Shown here in pieces: positions 31,472-41,539 of a stretch of DNA of 64,000 bases. The number at the start of each line of letters is the position of its first letter. The stretch's first letter is position 1. Position numbers and translations under genes: made by a program. Under the pieces are notes generated by a model. That model saw nothing but the letters and a program-made list of their open reading frames with translations, did not search any database and was not told where the DNA came from. Origin of the DNA: Terriglobia bacterium (GTDB lineage: Bacteria; Acidobacteriota; Terriglobia; 2-12-FULL-54-10); assembly GCA_963666975.2 (NCBI GenBank), contig CAXVYR010000004.1, forward strand, positions 672,001 through 736,000, read 5' to 3'.

Positions 31472-31859
31472 GGTTCACCTCCCGAGTAAAATCCGATTTG
31501 AAATGGGTCGGCGGGCCATCCAGAAGAAGCCGCTTTTCAGGCGACGCCAGCCGATATCGTACAATTCCCTGTAATTGTAATATTTCCTGTCACTCAGGGT
31601 CATTCACCACACTAAGATCGGTCTCTATGAACTAAGATCGCTGTTTCCGCTTAGGTCCTAAGAATATTCGTATGCAGGCTATTGTGGATTGGTTGTTCAG
31701 ACTTCTGGCGCGAGATGAAGCGCTCCTAATATTCCTTCAGATGGGTGCGCGACATGCCCTTGAGGATTCCGCGGAATTTTTCCAACGGCTGATCGGGAAA
31801 CGTTGTGATGATGCCGTCTTGTTCGAGCAGCGTGATCTGTTGACCCGGCCTCAGGCAAA

Positions 31860-32065
31860 CTCTTCTTAGCTCCGCACAGTCCGCAATAACTGATGACCCG
31901 CTTCACCGACCGCAAGCGCCGCACCTCACCGAGCTCTAGCACCCACGTCAGGGCCGTAATCAAACCTACGGCAGGGATCGTCCGGAGTCGTTCGACCCGC
32001 TCGGCCAACATCGGATCGCGGGCTAACAAGCGGAGCAAGGCCCTTTCGGTCTTCTGCAGCCGCAC
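31860..32065 (-). pseudogene. IS110-family transposase fragment
   Basis: RLRTIPAVGLITALTWVLELGEVRR..SVKRVISYCGL. Confidence 0.8.
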
Positions 32066-32116
32066 GAGAGTCTCCCAGCAAAGCCGGAGCAGAGGCCAAA
32101 ATCCTTCCTCGATCGG

Positions 32117-32230
32117 TCACGCAACGACGAGGGATACTTTGCCATGGTTCTTGCTAGTGGGTCTGACGGTGATCTCCACATCTTGTCCCAGGGCGGTGAG
32201 AAAGTCCATCAGGCGGCTCGACGGAGAAGG
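32117..32230 (-). pseudogene. 3' fragment of XRE-type antitoxin
   Basis: FSVE(shift)RLMDFLTALGQDVEITVRPTSKNHGKVSLVVA*. Confidence 0.6.
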
Positions 32231-32271
32231 CTCCGGACTGGCCGCGCTTGAGGCTGGAAACGTGCGGCTGC

Positions 32272-32404
32272 CATCTGCACTTCAATCTGCCGCAGGATCG
32301 TTACGATCTGTTCTGGTTTGTAATTCCTTATTGGCATGACCTGACTTCCTCCTCAAGTGGATTCTCTCTCTTTCCACTTTGTACAAAAGGGGCCGGTCAG
32401 GTCA
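32272..32404 (-). mobile_element. IS3-family left end remnant
   Basis: TGACCTGACCGGCCCCTTTTGTACA; MPIRNYKPEQIVTILRQIEVQMA, related to the 20.5 kb relic. Confidence 0.8.
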
Positions 32405-32502
32405 GACTGGAGGTTCGCTGAAAAAAGAGTCCAGGCGGCCAGTTTTTATTCCTCTCTTTTGGTTGGTCTCTTGGGAGGACGGAGGAACTGGTGCGGGATT
32501 GT

Positions 32503-32706
32503 CTATTGGTCCTTTTCCTTTGGTCGCCGTTGGGAAAGGAAGTGCTGGAAATACTTGGGGCCTTCCTTTTCGTAAGACTCGATACCGTAAGTGAGAAACA
32601 TCTCGCACACCTGCGAAATACTTCTGGCTTCGTGCCTCGCAACTCTTTCTAGACTCTTCTTCAGTTCAGCAGGAATGCGAAATCCTAGCGGCGCGTCCTT
32701 TTTCAT
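32503..32706 (-). CDS. Ribbon-helix-helix regulator, divergent from the recombination operon
   Basis: MKKDAPLGFRIPAELKKSLERVARHEARSISQVCE. Confidence 0.8.
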   Translation of the reverse strand: MKKDAPLGFRIPAELKKSLERVARHEARSISQVCEMFLTYGIESYEKEGPKYFQHFLSQRRPKEKDQ

Positions 32707-32709
32707 AGC

Positions 32710-32800
32710 CAACAATTGTAAGAGAATCTCCACAACATTCCAACAATTCTCTTGACAAGAAAAATAACCAATGTATTATAATGTTATAGATTGTTATAGG
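32710..32800 (+). promoter_or_regulatory. Divergent promoter/operator region
   Basis: TTGACA at 32752 with TATTAT at 32774 or TATAAT at 32777; repeated AACAAT and TGTTATA words. Confidence 0.65.
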
Positions 32801-32808
32801 AGTGCAGC

Positions 32809-33585
32809 ATGAAACGAAAAAGTTCCTCAAAACACTTACTGTTTAGGAAGAATCTCCGGATTACGAAAAAGTTGTGGCCCAGTGCAGTCAGTAAGGATCA
32901 GGCTGAAGGATTGGAAGCACTTACCGCTAGATACTTGTTTTCTGTTGCCATAGGCGATTTAATCCTCCTCGATGGCAAATGGTACGTCACCCACGCTGGC
33001 CTACTGCGCTTGGCCACCCGCAGTCGTTGTTCCGGCATCCGAGTGCAGCCAGTGCGTGAGTTCTGCGACGCCTCCACGAGCCGTTGGGTCTTCAAAGCGA
33101 CCGTTTACAAGTCCCCTCGGTCGAAAGGCTTCGTCGGTTACGGCGACGCCGATCCCTCCAATGTTTCCTCCTTGGTCCGCGGAGCCGAGATGCGCATGGC
33201 CGAAACCAGAGCCGTCAACCGGGCCCTCCGCAAGGCCTATGGGATCGGGCTGTGTTCAGTGGAGGAGATCGGGTCCTTCCCTCCCCCAAGCAAACCTACC
33301 AGTGACTCTGTAAAAGCTCTCACACAAATTGCGAAGATCGTCCCCGGCAACGGCCAACCGCGACTCCGCGATCGGCTCTGCCAGTTGATCCGCCAATACA
33401 GTCTGGATCCCACTCTGGTCAAACACTACGCAGCGGATTTCTGCGAAACCGAGAACCTGCGCGACGCCACCCGGGACCGCGTTGAAGCCTTTATTAAGAA
33501 TTTGGCTGAGCAGGCAGCCAAAGATCGAGCCGGGCTCCTATGCCAGCTTAACAGCTACGTACAGCCTCGGGAGGTGAAACCATGA
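32809..33585 (+). CDS. Putative ssDNA-annealing (Rad52-like) protein
   Basis: YVTHAGLL, FKATVY, GYGDA.P.NV, MAETRAVNRALR; lies upstream of SSB-like and exonuclease genes. Family call is recalled, not searched. Confidence 0.55.
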   Translation: MKRKSSSKHLLFRKNLRITKKLWPSAVSKDQAEGLEALTARYLFSVAIGDLILLDGKWYVTHAGLLRLATRSRCSGIRVQPVREFCDASTSRWVFKATVYKSPRSKGFVGYGDADPSNVSSLVRGAEMRMAETRAVNRALRKAYGIGLCSVEEIGSFPPPSKPTSDSVKALTQIAKIVPGNGQPRLRDRLCQLIRQYSLDPTLVKHYAADFCETENLRDATRDRVEAFIKNLAEQAAKDRAGLLCQLNSYVQPREVKP

Positions 33586-34004
33586 GACGTGAAATCCCAG
33601 GCCTCCACCAGAAAGCACAGTATAAGGACGAGATTCCGGAGGGCCTCTTCCTGGTCCGGGTCGAGCGGGCCTTCTACCGCTACCATCCGCAGAAGCCCTT
33701 CTTTGCAGTTCGCTTTGCTGTCATCCAGCCCGAGGAGTTTACTGGAGAGGCGTTGCCTGGCCGGCTCTACTGTACCCCCAAAGCCCTGTGGAAGCTCAGA
33801 TGGTTCCTGTGTGACTTCAGCTATGACGCAGAATTGTTTGGCCGGGATGTGATCGATGAAAAACTTCTCCTCGGCCTCCGCGGGATCATCAAGGTCTCCC
33901 ATACCACAATCAACGGCCGTTCCTTTCTCAATCTGGATGGCTTTGCCTCAGCGGATAAGTGGGAGGAGCTTTCAGCCTCTCCTGTCGGCAGCCGCGAAAG
34001 CTAG
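33582..34004 (+). CDS. Putative phage-type ssDNA-binding protein (DUF669-like OB fold)
   Basis: IPEGLFLVRVE..FAVRFAVI..KALWKLRWFL..LLGLRGIIKVSH; ATGA overlap with the upstream gene. Confidence 0.5.
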   Translation: MRREIPGLHQKAQYKDEIPEGLFLVRVERAFYRYHPQKPFFAVRFAVIQPEEFTGEALPGRLYCTPKALWKLRWFLCDFSYDAELFGRDVIDEKLLLGLRGIIKVSHTTINGRSFLNLDGFASADKWEELSASPVGSRES

Positions 34005-34014
34005 GAGGAGAGCA

Positions 34015-34818
34015 ATGACCTATAGCTACACCCAGATCAGCCAATACCTGGGCTGTCCCCGCCGCTATCGTCACCGTTATCTAGACGGCTGGAGGGAGAA
34101 GGATGCCCGGGCCGCAATGGTTTTCGGACGGGTGTTTGAGAAAGCCCTAGCCGCGTTTTTCCGCAGAGAGGATAGCGCCGCTGTCCTGTTCAAAGAGTGG
34201 GGAGCCTATCGTGAGGCCTCTTTGGTATACACCACCGGCGATTCCTGGGACCGAATGGTCCGGCAGGGTGTGCAGCTGCTCGAACGATTGGCTCAAGACA
34301 ACCGCATCCGCATCCCCCAACCGCGCCACAACATGCAGGTGAAGCTGCTGCGTCCACTCTCGAACGGGAACGACTTTGTGGCCTATGTCGATGCCATCGG
34401 CTATCTTGACGCCACTCGCTGCCTGATTGAATGGAAAACGACGGGCAGCCGCTACCCGGAACAGCCAGAGGGCTTACTGGCTCTTGATCCTCAGCTTGTC
34501 TGCTACTCCTGGATCAGCGGTATTGCAGAGGTGGCCATGGTGGTATTTGTACGCAAACGCATGCCAGAAATCCAATACCTGCGCACTTCCATCACTGAAG
34601 AACAACGCCAGGAGTTTGGGCAATTGGTCGAAGAGTCGATTTCTCGGATCGAGGCTGGACGCTTCCTGCCTCACACGGGCATCCGCTTCCCCCAGAATGG
34701 CTGCGTGAGCTGCCCTCACCTGGGTCTCTGCCTGGGGAAGCAAGACCTTGTCGATTCCAAACTGATCCGCCGACCGGGAGCAAGTGACCTTGAATGGCTT
34801 GACCAGCTTGAATACTAA
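34015..34818 (+). CDS. PD-(D/E)XK nuclease, Cas4/AddB-like with a four-Cys cluster
   Basis: SYTQISQYLGCPRRY, YVDAIG, IEWKT, QL..Y, CVSCPHLGLC; AGGAGG RBS. Confidence 0.85.
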   Translation: MTYSYTQISQYLGCPRRYRHRYLDGWREKDARAAMVFGRVFEKALAAFFRREDSAAVLFKEWGAYREASLVYTTGDSWDRMVRQGVQLLERLAQDNRIRIPQPRHNMQVKLLRPLSNGNDFVAYVDAIGYLDATRCLIEWKTTGSRYPEQPEGLLALDPQLVCYSWISGIAEVAMVVFVRKRMPEIQYLRTSITEEQRQEFGQLVEESISRIEAGRFLPHTGIRFPQNGCVSCPHLGLCLGKQDLVDSKLIRRPGASDLEWLDQLEY

Positions 34819-35557
34819 CGAGCGTCCCATCGTGGCTCCGAAACTCAACCACCGCCGGGCTCTTTTCGTGTTAGCCAAGATCGATGAGATCCTATCCTGG
34901 GAGCAAAGGGTGGAGCATGAACGAGACATCCGCTTTGTGGATTTGGGCCGCTACCTGTGCGAAGTCCGCTCCGGCCAGTACTGGCGTCTCGACAAGCTCG
35001 TTTCCTTCGATGAGTTTTTGGAGAAACGCTTCCCAGAGTCTCGGCGCAAGGCTTACTACCTGATGGCTATCCACGAGCATTTGCCAAGGGAAGTGCGAAG
35101 GGAGCTGAAACAAGTGGGCTGGGCAAAGGCGTCTGAGCTCGTCAAGGTAGCTCGTTCAGATGGGCAGGAGTTCGATTGTGCAATCTGGTTGCACAAAGCA
35201 CACTCCATGCCGACCGAGGCTCTCAAGCGGGAGGTCGAACGGCACCTGACGGGAAAAGAGACCGAGCCTTGGGAGATCATCTACTTCAAGGTGTACAAGA
35301 GCCAGTTGCCGGTTGTCGAGCAAGCCCTAGAAACGGCAGGACTGATGCTCGGTACCGATAAATCCCGTGGCTACTGCCTGGAGATGATCTGTGCGGACTT
35401 TCTGGCTGGAGCCAACATTGAAAATGTCAGCTCCGATGCCCTGCTCTTATCCCTCTGCAAGCTTTTCGAGCTTCTTCCTAGCTCGCAGAAAGGGAGGTTT
35501 TTGGAGCAGGTTGATGCAATCCATGATCCAGTTTCATCCCAAGCGACCGCGGATTAG
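34784..35557 (+). CDS. Helical protein resembling the N-terminal part of DUF222/HNH-type proteins
   Basis: SFDEFLE..SRRKAYYL, VGWAKASELVKVA..WL..A...TEALKREV. Confidence 0.55.
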   Translation: MTLNGLTSLNTNERPIVAPKLNHRRALFVLAKIDEILSWEQRVEHERDIRFVDLGRYLCEVRSGQYWRLDKLVSFDEFLEKRFPESRRKAYYLMAIHEHLPREVRRELKQVGWAKASELVKVARSDGQEFDCAIWLHKAHSMPTEALKREVERHLTGKETEPWEIIYFKVYKSQLPVVEQALETAGLMLGTDKSRGYCLEMICADFLAGANIENVSSDALLLSLCKLFELLPSSQKGRFLEQVDAIHDPVSSQATAD

Positions 35558-35762
35558 GCTTGCCAAGGAATCCTACCGAAGCCTGCGCCTACAAGTGCTG
35601 GAGCGGGACGGATGGCGGTGCCAGTCTTGTGGTTCTCTTTCTAACCTGCAAGTTCACCACCTCCAGAGCCGGAGCCATCGGGGGGATGATTCCGGGGAAA
35701 ATCTCCTGACCCTCTGTGCGCAGTGTCATCGAAACGTTCACATCCCAGGGAGAAACCAGTAG
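35523..35762 (+). CDS. Small HNH endonuclease
   Basis: VLERDGWRCQSCG..LQVHH..RS..G.D..NLLTLCAQCH. Confidence 0.9.
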   Translation: MIQFHPKRPRIRLAKESYRSLRLQVLERDGWRCQSCGSLSNLQVHHLQSRSHRGDDSGENLLTLCAQCHRNVHIPGRNQ

Positions 35763-35908
35763 CTGATATGCCCCCGAGGTAGTTCGTAAACGAGAGTTCC
35801 CGGTCAGTAGCGTTTCTTGAAGTCCCTGATCGACAATGCAGTTCCCCTTTGGTGGCGGGAGGATATAAGGGCTGCCGGAGGTGCCGACCTCCGATGCGCA
35901 CCCTCCTC

Positions 35909-36343
35909 CTATCCCTTTTTCTTTTCTGCCCTCTCGAGGATCTTCAGGAACACAGCGGGTGTGATGATTTGAACGTTTCGATACTTCTTCAAGGCCAGGA
36001 GGTCCTTGTCACCGCTCACCACATACCGAGCCTTCCCTTCAAGAGCTGCAGCCAGAAACTTGTCGTCTACGGGATCCCGACTTGCGTGTACCTCGATGGT
36101 TCCCGCCACTAGGTGGCATTCCTGAGCGAGGAGCTCAAGCAACAGGACGATCTCCTGCTCGCTCATCCAGCGGTATCTCTGGAGTTTTTCGTAGAGGAGC
36201 ACGCGTCCGATTTCTTGAAGGATGCTCGGCGAGAGGACTAACTCAAACCCACTGTGCCGCCAGGAGCGGAGGATGCGGTCTTCGTTTCCGCCGCGGATGA
36301 GGGTAGCGGAGACAACAACATTCGTATCGAGAACTGCCCTCAT
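35909..36343 (-). CDS. PIN-domain toxin
   Basis: RAVLDTNVVVSA, RDPVDDKFLAAA, VSGDKDLL. Confidence 0.9.
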   Translation of the reverse strand: MRAVLDTNVVVSATLIRGGNEDRILRSWRHSGFELVLSPSILQEIGRVLLYEKLQRYRWMSEQEIVLLLELLAQECHLVAGTIEVHASRDPVDDKFLAAALEGKARYVVSGDKDLLALKKYRNVQIITPAVFLKILERAEKKKG

Positions 36344-36627
36344 GGGCGAGACGGTCGTACCTGCCGCCGAGCGGCGATGACCGCCTCACGGACTATCTTT
36401 CGCACCTCCTGAGACCGGCTGCTTCTCGTCCGCGATTGCACCGCACTAATGAGCGCGAACAAATGCTCTTGGGATGCTTTCTTTCGAACTTCTCTCGTCT
36501 CGACGTAGAAGCGCAGCGCCTCCCGCAGGAGCTCCGATTTTGTTCGGTTTTCTTCTTGTGCTACCGCTTCGGCTTTCTTGAGTAAGGGTGGCGGGAGCGA
36601 AATTGTCATCAATCTACGGGTACTCAT
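36340..36627 (-). CDS. CopG/RHH antitoxin
   Basis: TISLPPPLL..E.RTKSELLREALR; overlaps the toxin start. Confidence 0.88.
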   Translation of the reverse strand: MSTRRLMTISLPPPLLKKAEAVAQEENRTKSELLREALRFYVETREVRKKASQEHLFALISAVQSRTRSSRSQEVRKIVREAVIAARRQVRPSRP

Positions 36628-36736
36628 AAGAGATGCCTCTTTCAGATTGTCATACAATGCATTACTAGCTTATCATCCAGCCACTTACCGTGTCAAGCGA
36701 CAACCGGACGGCTGCTCCCCTAGTTGGACAGAAGGT

Positions 36737-37045
36737 TTAAGCCGCAGATCGGGGCAGGACCTCGCGCTCGATCCGCTCCCGAAGCGCATCCTCGGCGAGG
36801 TCCAAGTCATATTTAGCTTGCAGATTTATCCACATTTCCGCCGAGGTGCCGAAATACCGCGCGAGCCGCATCGCCGTGTCGGCAGTGATGCTGCGGTCGC
36901 CTTTCAGAATCTGGGTGATCCGATTTGCCGGGATGCGCAGCGCCAGCGCCAGAGCATTGGCGGATTGGCCGCCTTCCTTCAGGATCTCCTGCAACGCCTC
37001 CCCGGGATGAATTGGAGGCAGCTTTCTCCGTTTGCTATGGGGCAT
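36737..37045 (-). CDS. higA: HigA antitoxin
   Basis: PPIHPGE, RSITADTAMRLARYFGTSAEMWINLQAKYDL. Confidence 0.92.
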   Translation of the reverse strand: MPHSKRRKLPPIHPGEALQEILKEGGQSANALALALRIPANRITQILKGDRSITADTAMRLARYFGTSAEMWINLQAKYDLDLAEDALRERIEREVLPRSAA

Positions 37046-37331
37046 ATTCCTTCTCCAAGTGGTAGTCCACGATCTCGACATCGCAGGCATCTCCGGCGCG
37101 CCAGACGAAGCAGATGCGGTACCGGTCATTGATCCGGATGCTGTACTGTCCCTTGCGGTCTCCTTTCAAGGCTTCCAGGCGCAGGCCGGGCAACCTTAAA
37201 TCTCCAAGCGATCGGGCCGCATGGAGAAATCCCAGGCGTACCCTCGCTGTGTGATCGATGGACTGAAACTTCTTGCTGAACTCTCGATTCCATAGCTGCT
37301 GGGTTTCTTTATCCTTGATCGTCCGGATCAT
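37035..37331 (-). CDS. higB: HigB (RelE-family) toxin
   Basis: MIRTIKDKET..RLEALKGDRKGQYSIRINDRYRICF..VEIVDYH. Confidence 0.92.
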   Translation of the reverse strand: MIRTIKDKETQQLWNREFSKKFQSIDHTARVRLGFLHAARSLGDLRLPGLRLEALKGDRKGQYSIRINDRYRICFVWRAGDACDVEIVDYHLEKEYAP

Positions 37332-37531
37332 ACCTAGGGCATAGTACGCCACGCATAAAGAACCTGTCAAGCTAAGATACCCGGTGCTGATTACCGGCGG
37401 CTATCGCTCGGCCGAGTTGAACCGCAAAGTCGGCGGCGCGTCCGTTAGCTACCACTGCGCCACGCCGACCCGTTGTGCCGCCGACATCCAGGTGCCAGGC
37501 TTGGCGCTCGCAGAGCTCTTCCGGTGGCTGT

Positions 37532-37615
37532 GCTGGGCAAAGGCGGCTGAGCTAGTCAAGGTCGCTCGTTCGGATGGGCAGGAGTTCGATTGTGCAATCT
37601 GGTTGCACAAAGCAC
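37532..37615 (+). repeat. About 84-bp diverged copy of 35118-35201
   Basis: gctgggcaaaggc..gtcaaggt.gctcgttc.gatgggcaggagttcgattgtgcaatctggttgcacaaagcac. Confidence 0.9.
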
Positions 37616-37785
37616 GATGCGAAGTGGCTGCCGAGGACCGGGAACCGAAAACCGGCATGCAGCTACCGGGGCGCCTCCAGGCGGGCACTTAGAATTGAAA
37701 GTAGGGGAAGAACTTGATAGCGATGGTGTTACAATCACTTGTACGTATGAGATTTGAACCCAAATCGAAAAGAGGGGTAGATAGG

Positions 37786-38022
37786 ATGGGCACAACTATC
37801 AAGGCTCGTTTTTCTGCCGGCGTCTTGAAACCTTTGGAAAAGCTGGAGCTCGGGGAAGGTGAGGAGGTCACTGTTACCATTGTAACTTTGCCCCCCTCAA
37901 CTCCTGCAGACTGGTTGAAGCGAACTGCCGGTGGTTGGGAAAGGCTAGTCGATGCAGAAAAGTTTAAGCGGGAAGTTTATGAGAGCCGTCTGTTAACGAC
38001 CCGCCCAGAACCCCGGCTATGA
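37786..38022 (+). CDS. AF2212/DUF104-like antitoxin
   Basis: TIKARFSAGVLKPLEKLELGEGEEVTVTI. Confidence 0.8.
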   Translation: MGTTIKARFSAGVLKPLEKLELGEGEEVTVTIVTLPPSTPADWLKRTAGGWERLVDAEKFKREVYESRLLTTRPEPRL

Positions 38023-38265
38023 CATTGGCTTCCTTCCTCATTGACACCGACTGACCAGGAGGCTTACCGGCAACTACGGCAGCAAGTATTTGAAAGAGAT
38101 GGATGGCGCTGCCAAAGCTGTGGGCGCTTGAGAGATCTGCATGTGCATCATATACAGCCCCGCAGCGCACAGGGAAATGATCTCGAAGGGAATTTGATTA
38201 CCCTGTGCACGACTTGTCACTATAACCTTCATCTACAGAAGAAAAGCCTTCCAACAATAGGTTAG
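38019..38265 (+). pseudogene. Truncated PIN toxin start (MTLASFLIDTD*) joined to a second HNH copy
   Basis: ATG overlaps the antitoxin stop; the following EAYRQLRQQVFERDGWRCQSCG..HH..NLITLCTTCH is a paralogue of 35523. Confidence 0.7.
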
Positions 38266-38407
38266 ACCTGGGGTATGTGAGTCGAAGCTTCGTGTTCCCC
38301 CAAGCATGGGTGAATTCAACGCGGCCGCTATCATACGATTCACATTCAGAACAGCAAGACGGATTCCAGTCTTTTGGGCATGGCAGTTGGCAGACGTGCC
38401 CTGAAAT

Positions 38408-39658
38408 CTACCGTTTAATACTCTTTACCACCCATTCAAGCAAAGCACTATATTCCTTGGCAGTTCTCTTGCGAGAAAGCTTGTTTACCGCATATTGACG
38501 ACCATTCCGACCAAGCGTTTGTCGCAGTTCATGATTGTTATAGAGCTGTTTAATTGCGCTTACCAGTACAGTTGTGTTTTCAGGTTCAACGTAGATTCCT
38601 GCGCGCGCCTCTTCCAGAAGCTCGCGGGCCTGCCCGTCTACACCCAGAATCACGGGACGACCGCAGGAGAGAAACTCCAGCATCTTCGTTGGGATCACAG
38701 TCTGGAAGATGTCGGCTTTCCTAAGCACGACCAGGCAAACATCCGAGGCTCGGATCACGGCCGCTATTTTTTCGCGGGGCTGCTGGGAAATAAAACGCAC
38801 GTTTCCCAACTTTCTTTCGCGCGCCGCCTGAATCAAACGGTCCTTTTCAGCTCCCTCACCCACAAAGAGAAACACAATATTCGGTTCGGTTTGCTCCAGC
38901 CTGGCCGCAGCTTCCAGCACGACACCCAACCCGTGGGCCGCCCCTATGGTCCCAATAAAAGACACAACAAATTTTCCCAGAAGAACCAAATCACTCTTCC
39001 AATCCGTTCCGTCGCTCTCCGGGGCGAACAGGTCCGTTTCCACACCGTTTTGCACTACGGAAATTTTTTCCGGATTCACCTTCCACTGGGAAACCAGTTC
39101 CCTCTTGAAGGCTGGCGTGACAACTACGATATGGTCCGACGTGCGGTAAAGAAAGGCGGCCAATTTCTGCAAAGTCGAGTACAGTAGTGATTGCTTGCCT
39201 CCGATTCCGGAGGCGAAAATGGATTCCGGCCACAGGTCCCGGATTTCCAGGATGAAGGGAACGCGCTTCACCCGGCTCAGCCACCAAGCCGTCAGGCCGA
39301 CCAAAAGCTGAGGGGAGGTCCCGATCACCACGTCCGGCCGGGCTAACATGCTCCCCGTCAGACAGGAGGAGAAAAAAAACGAAGCGTAATTCAGGACTCT
39401 CTCGAGAGGCTTCCGGTTGGGCAGAGGCAGTAGCCAGGTGCGTACCACATTCACCCCGCCCAACTGCTCTCTGCTGACTAGCCGCCGGAACCGGGACCGA
39501 TACTCCGGCAGCACGACACCAGTGGGGTGGTTGGGGAAACCGGTGAGGACGGTAACCTGGTGGTTTGCCCTCACCCAGTGAAGGGATAGTTCCGACACAC
39601 GGGCGGCTGGTGCGCCCATCTCCGGCGGGAAATATTGCGATACATAGAGAATTTTCAT
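38408..39658 (-). CDS. Glycosyltransferase family 4 (WbuB-like)
   Basis: MKILYVSQYFPPEMGA, EIRDLWPES, PTKMLEFLSCGRPVI. Confidence 0.92.
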   Translation of the reverse strand: MKILYVSQYFPPEMGAPAARVSELSLHWVRANHQVTVLTGFPNHPTGVVLPEYRSRFRRLVSREQLGGVNVVRTWLLPLPNRKPLERVLNYASFFFSSCLTGSMLARPDVVIGTSPQLLVGLTAWWLSRVKRVPFILEIRDLWPESIFASGIGGKQSLLYSTLQKLAAFLYRTSDHIVVVTPAFKRELVSQWKVNPEKISVVQNGVETDLFAPESDGTDWKSDLVLLGKFVVSFIGTIGAAHGLGVVLEAAARLEQTEPNIVFLFVGEGAEKDRLIQAARERKLGNVRFISQQPREKIAAVIRASDVCLVVLRKADIFQTVIPTKMLEFLSCGRPVILGVDGQARELLEEARAGIYVEPENTTVLVSAIKQLYNNHELRQTLGRNGRQYAVNKLSRKRTAKEYSALLEWVVKSIKR

Positions 39659-39719
39659 GCTTAGGCTAAGGACTAAAGAGGGTCAACATCCCCTTGTCCA
39701 GTGGGGGGTATCCGTTTTT

Positions 39720-41265
39720 TCAAGAATTGACTGGTGGCGAGACAACCTCTATTTTTGATACGATTCGATTTCCACTTGCCGCGCTGTCCAAACGGGAGAG
39801 TGTAACTAAGATGTGGCTTGCATCTCCCAGCTTCAAGCGGAGCTCATCCGGCTCACTTTGCTCTATCCAGGTGGAACCGTTGAACAGAACTGCCGTAATT
39901 AGACGGATCGGTAGCTGCCCACAAACATCCAACACAATGGAAGAGGTAGACTTCAACTCACCATAGGTCGGCGACACCCATCCGCGGACAGCCGTTAGTG
40001 AGGCTGAAATTGGAAAATCGGGAGGAACACTGGCCTTACCGCCGCGCACTAGATACACCCGGCCTTGTATGGAGCCGTATAGGTAAAGGGCTCCAGAGCC
40101 TTTATTCCCTTCCCAGTGACCTTCCCATGGCCATTGGGATTGAATGGTTAGCGGCAAGTTTGTCAGTAGCCAATGAAGGCTTGCTTGGTGCTCTCCTTTT
40201 CCCAATAATTCATCCACGATCAACCAACCAAAATCCTTCAGGCGCTGAACCGCCCTTCGGTGTGTGATTCCTAACCGCCGGTAGCCATCATGCTCACCTT
40301 CGAAGTAGTCCCATGCATTCAACTCGGTTGGACAAAATGACAGGACGGTTCCCTGAGCCCAATCAACCCATAGGAACCTCCCCAAACGCCACATTTGATC
40401 CATGTGATCTACAGTAACCGTATTGTGGGGCGCTGTTCCTGCTAGGCCATTGTCCCAGGGAGGTTCGCCATTGTACAAATATGTACCCGCGTCTTGCGCC
40501 ACGTTCGTCCCGCGCCACCATAGGTCAACGTGCAGCTGGTCCGCCTGAAACGGACGTCTGTTGTATCGGGCACAACGAACCAAGGCCCAAGAGTTGTCCC
40601 GGCCCAGCACATAATCCCCCCCACTCTGACCTGGTTTTTCCAATGGGGTACTCTTCGCTGATGGCAGCGCAGCTTTCCGATGACGGTCTTGATAGCCTGG
40701 ACCCAATAGCCAGGCCGATAGCTCATCCCAAGGTCCGGCAGCAAACGGAGGAGGACACCCCTGGGAACGAAATGCAACTTGCACAATGGATCGATAGTCG
40801 CCAAATGCATGGGGGGCTAGGTCCAGCACTAGACTACCGTCATTGGGGCCCTGGTTCGGGACTCTTCCACTGGTCCTTTCGGTCATTCGCAAAATATGGC
40901 GTGCTGCCCGTAGTACTATTTTTCCAAATACTGCATCCCAACCAAATCTGTACAACTCACCAAGCCGAAGTGCCCAAAGGCCCAAGTGTAAAACCATGCG
41001 TTGATAGTTGGAGGAATGTTGGATGTGCGAGCCGTCTTCAGCCAATTGATCTCGTATACCTTCAGCAAACAGACGAGCACCAAGGGTTTGCCAGCGAGTA
41101 GCCCATCGTAGCTCAGGGAAAAGAGTCCCTGCGGTCCAGAGACCGACTGCTTCCGAAATCAAATGATTACTCCGTTGAGACCGCGCATAACGGGTGGTTC
41201 TCTCAATGCGCCACGCGTGAGCACAAATCAGCGAAAACAGCCTGCCAACTCTTTCTGGGGTAGTG
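39720..41265 (-). pseudogene. Heparinase II/III-family protein, 5'-truncated
   Basis: SQRSNHLISEA, DGSHIQHSSNYQR, QADQLHVDLWW, HNTVTVD; N-terminal part missing next to the transposase. Confidence 0.8.
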
Positions 41266-41539
41266 GACGGGGACTCCAGAAAACCATATAGCCCGAAAGA
41301 CCAAGCCAGGATACGAAGAGCTGATTCCGGTCTATGGCGAATTGATATGTTGAGCGATTTTACCCGCGACCGCTGCTCAAGTGAGGTGAGGGGTGCATGC
41401 GGAGAGCAGTTGGTGGCAGTGACAGGATCACATCAGGCAACCGTGGCGCGTTTACAAGCTCAAACAGCGGCTGGTTTCGTTGGAAGTGCCGTTTACCGAT
41501 GTCCGCCGGATGCCACAGGGAGCACCAGTCTTTGGAGAA

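Noticed and set aside
31611-31651. Direct repeat ACTAAGATCG x2 as iteron or res site
   Set aside because: Only two copies and no adjacent Rep or resolvase.
34015-34818. CRISPR-associated Cas4
   Set aside because: No array or other cas genes; the context fits a recombination exonuclease.
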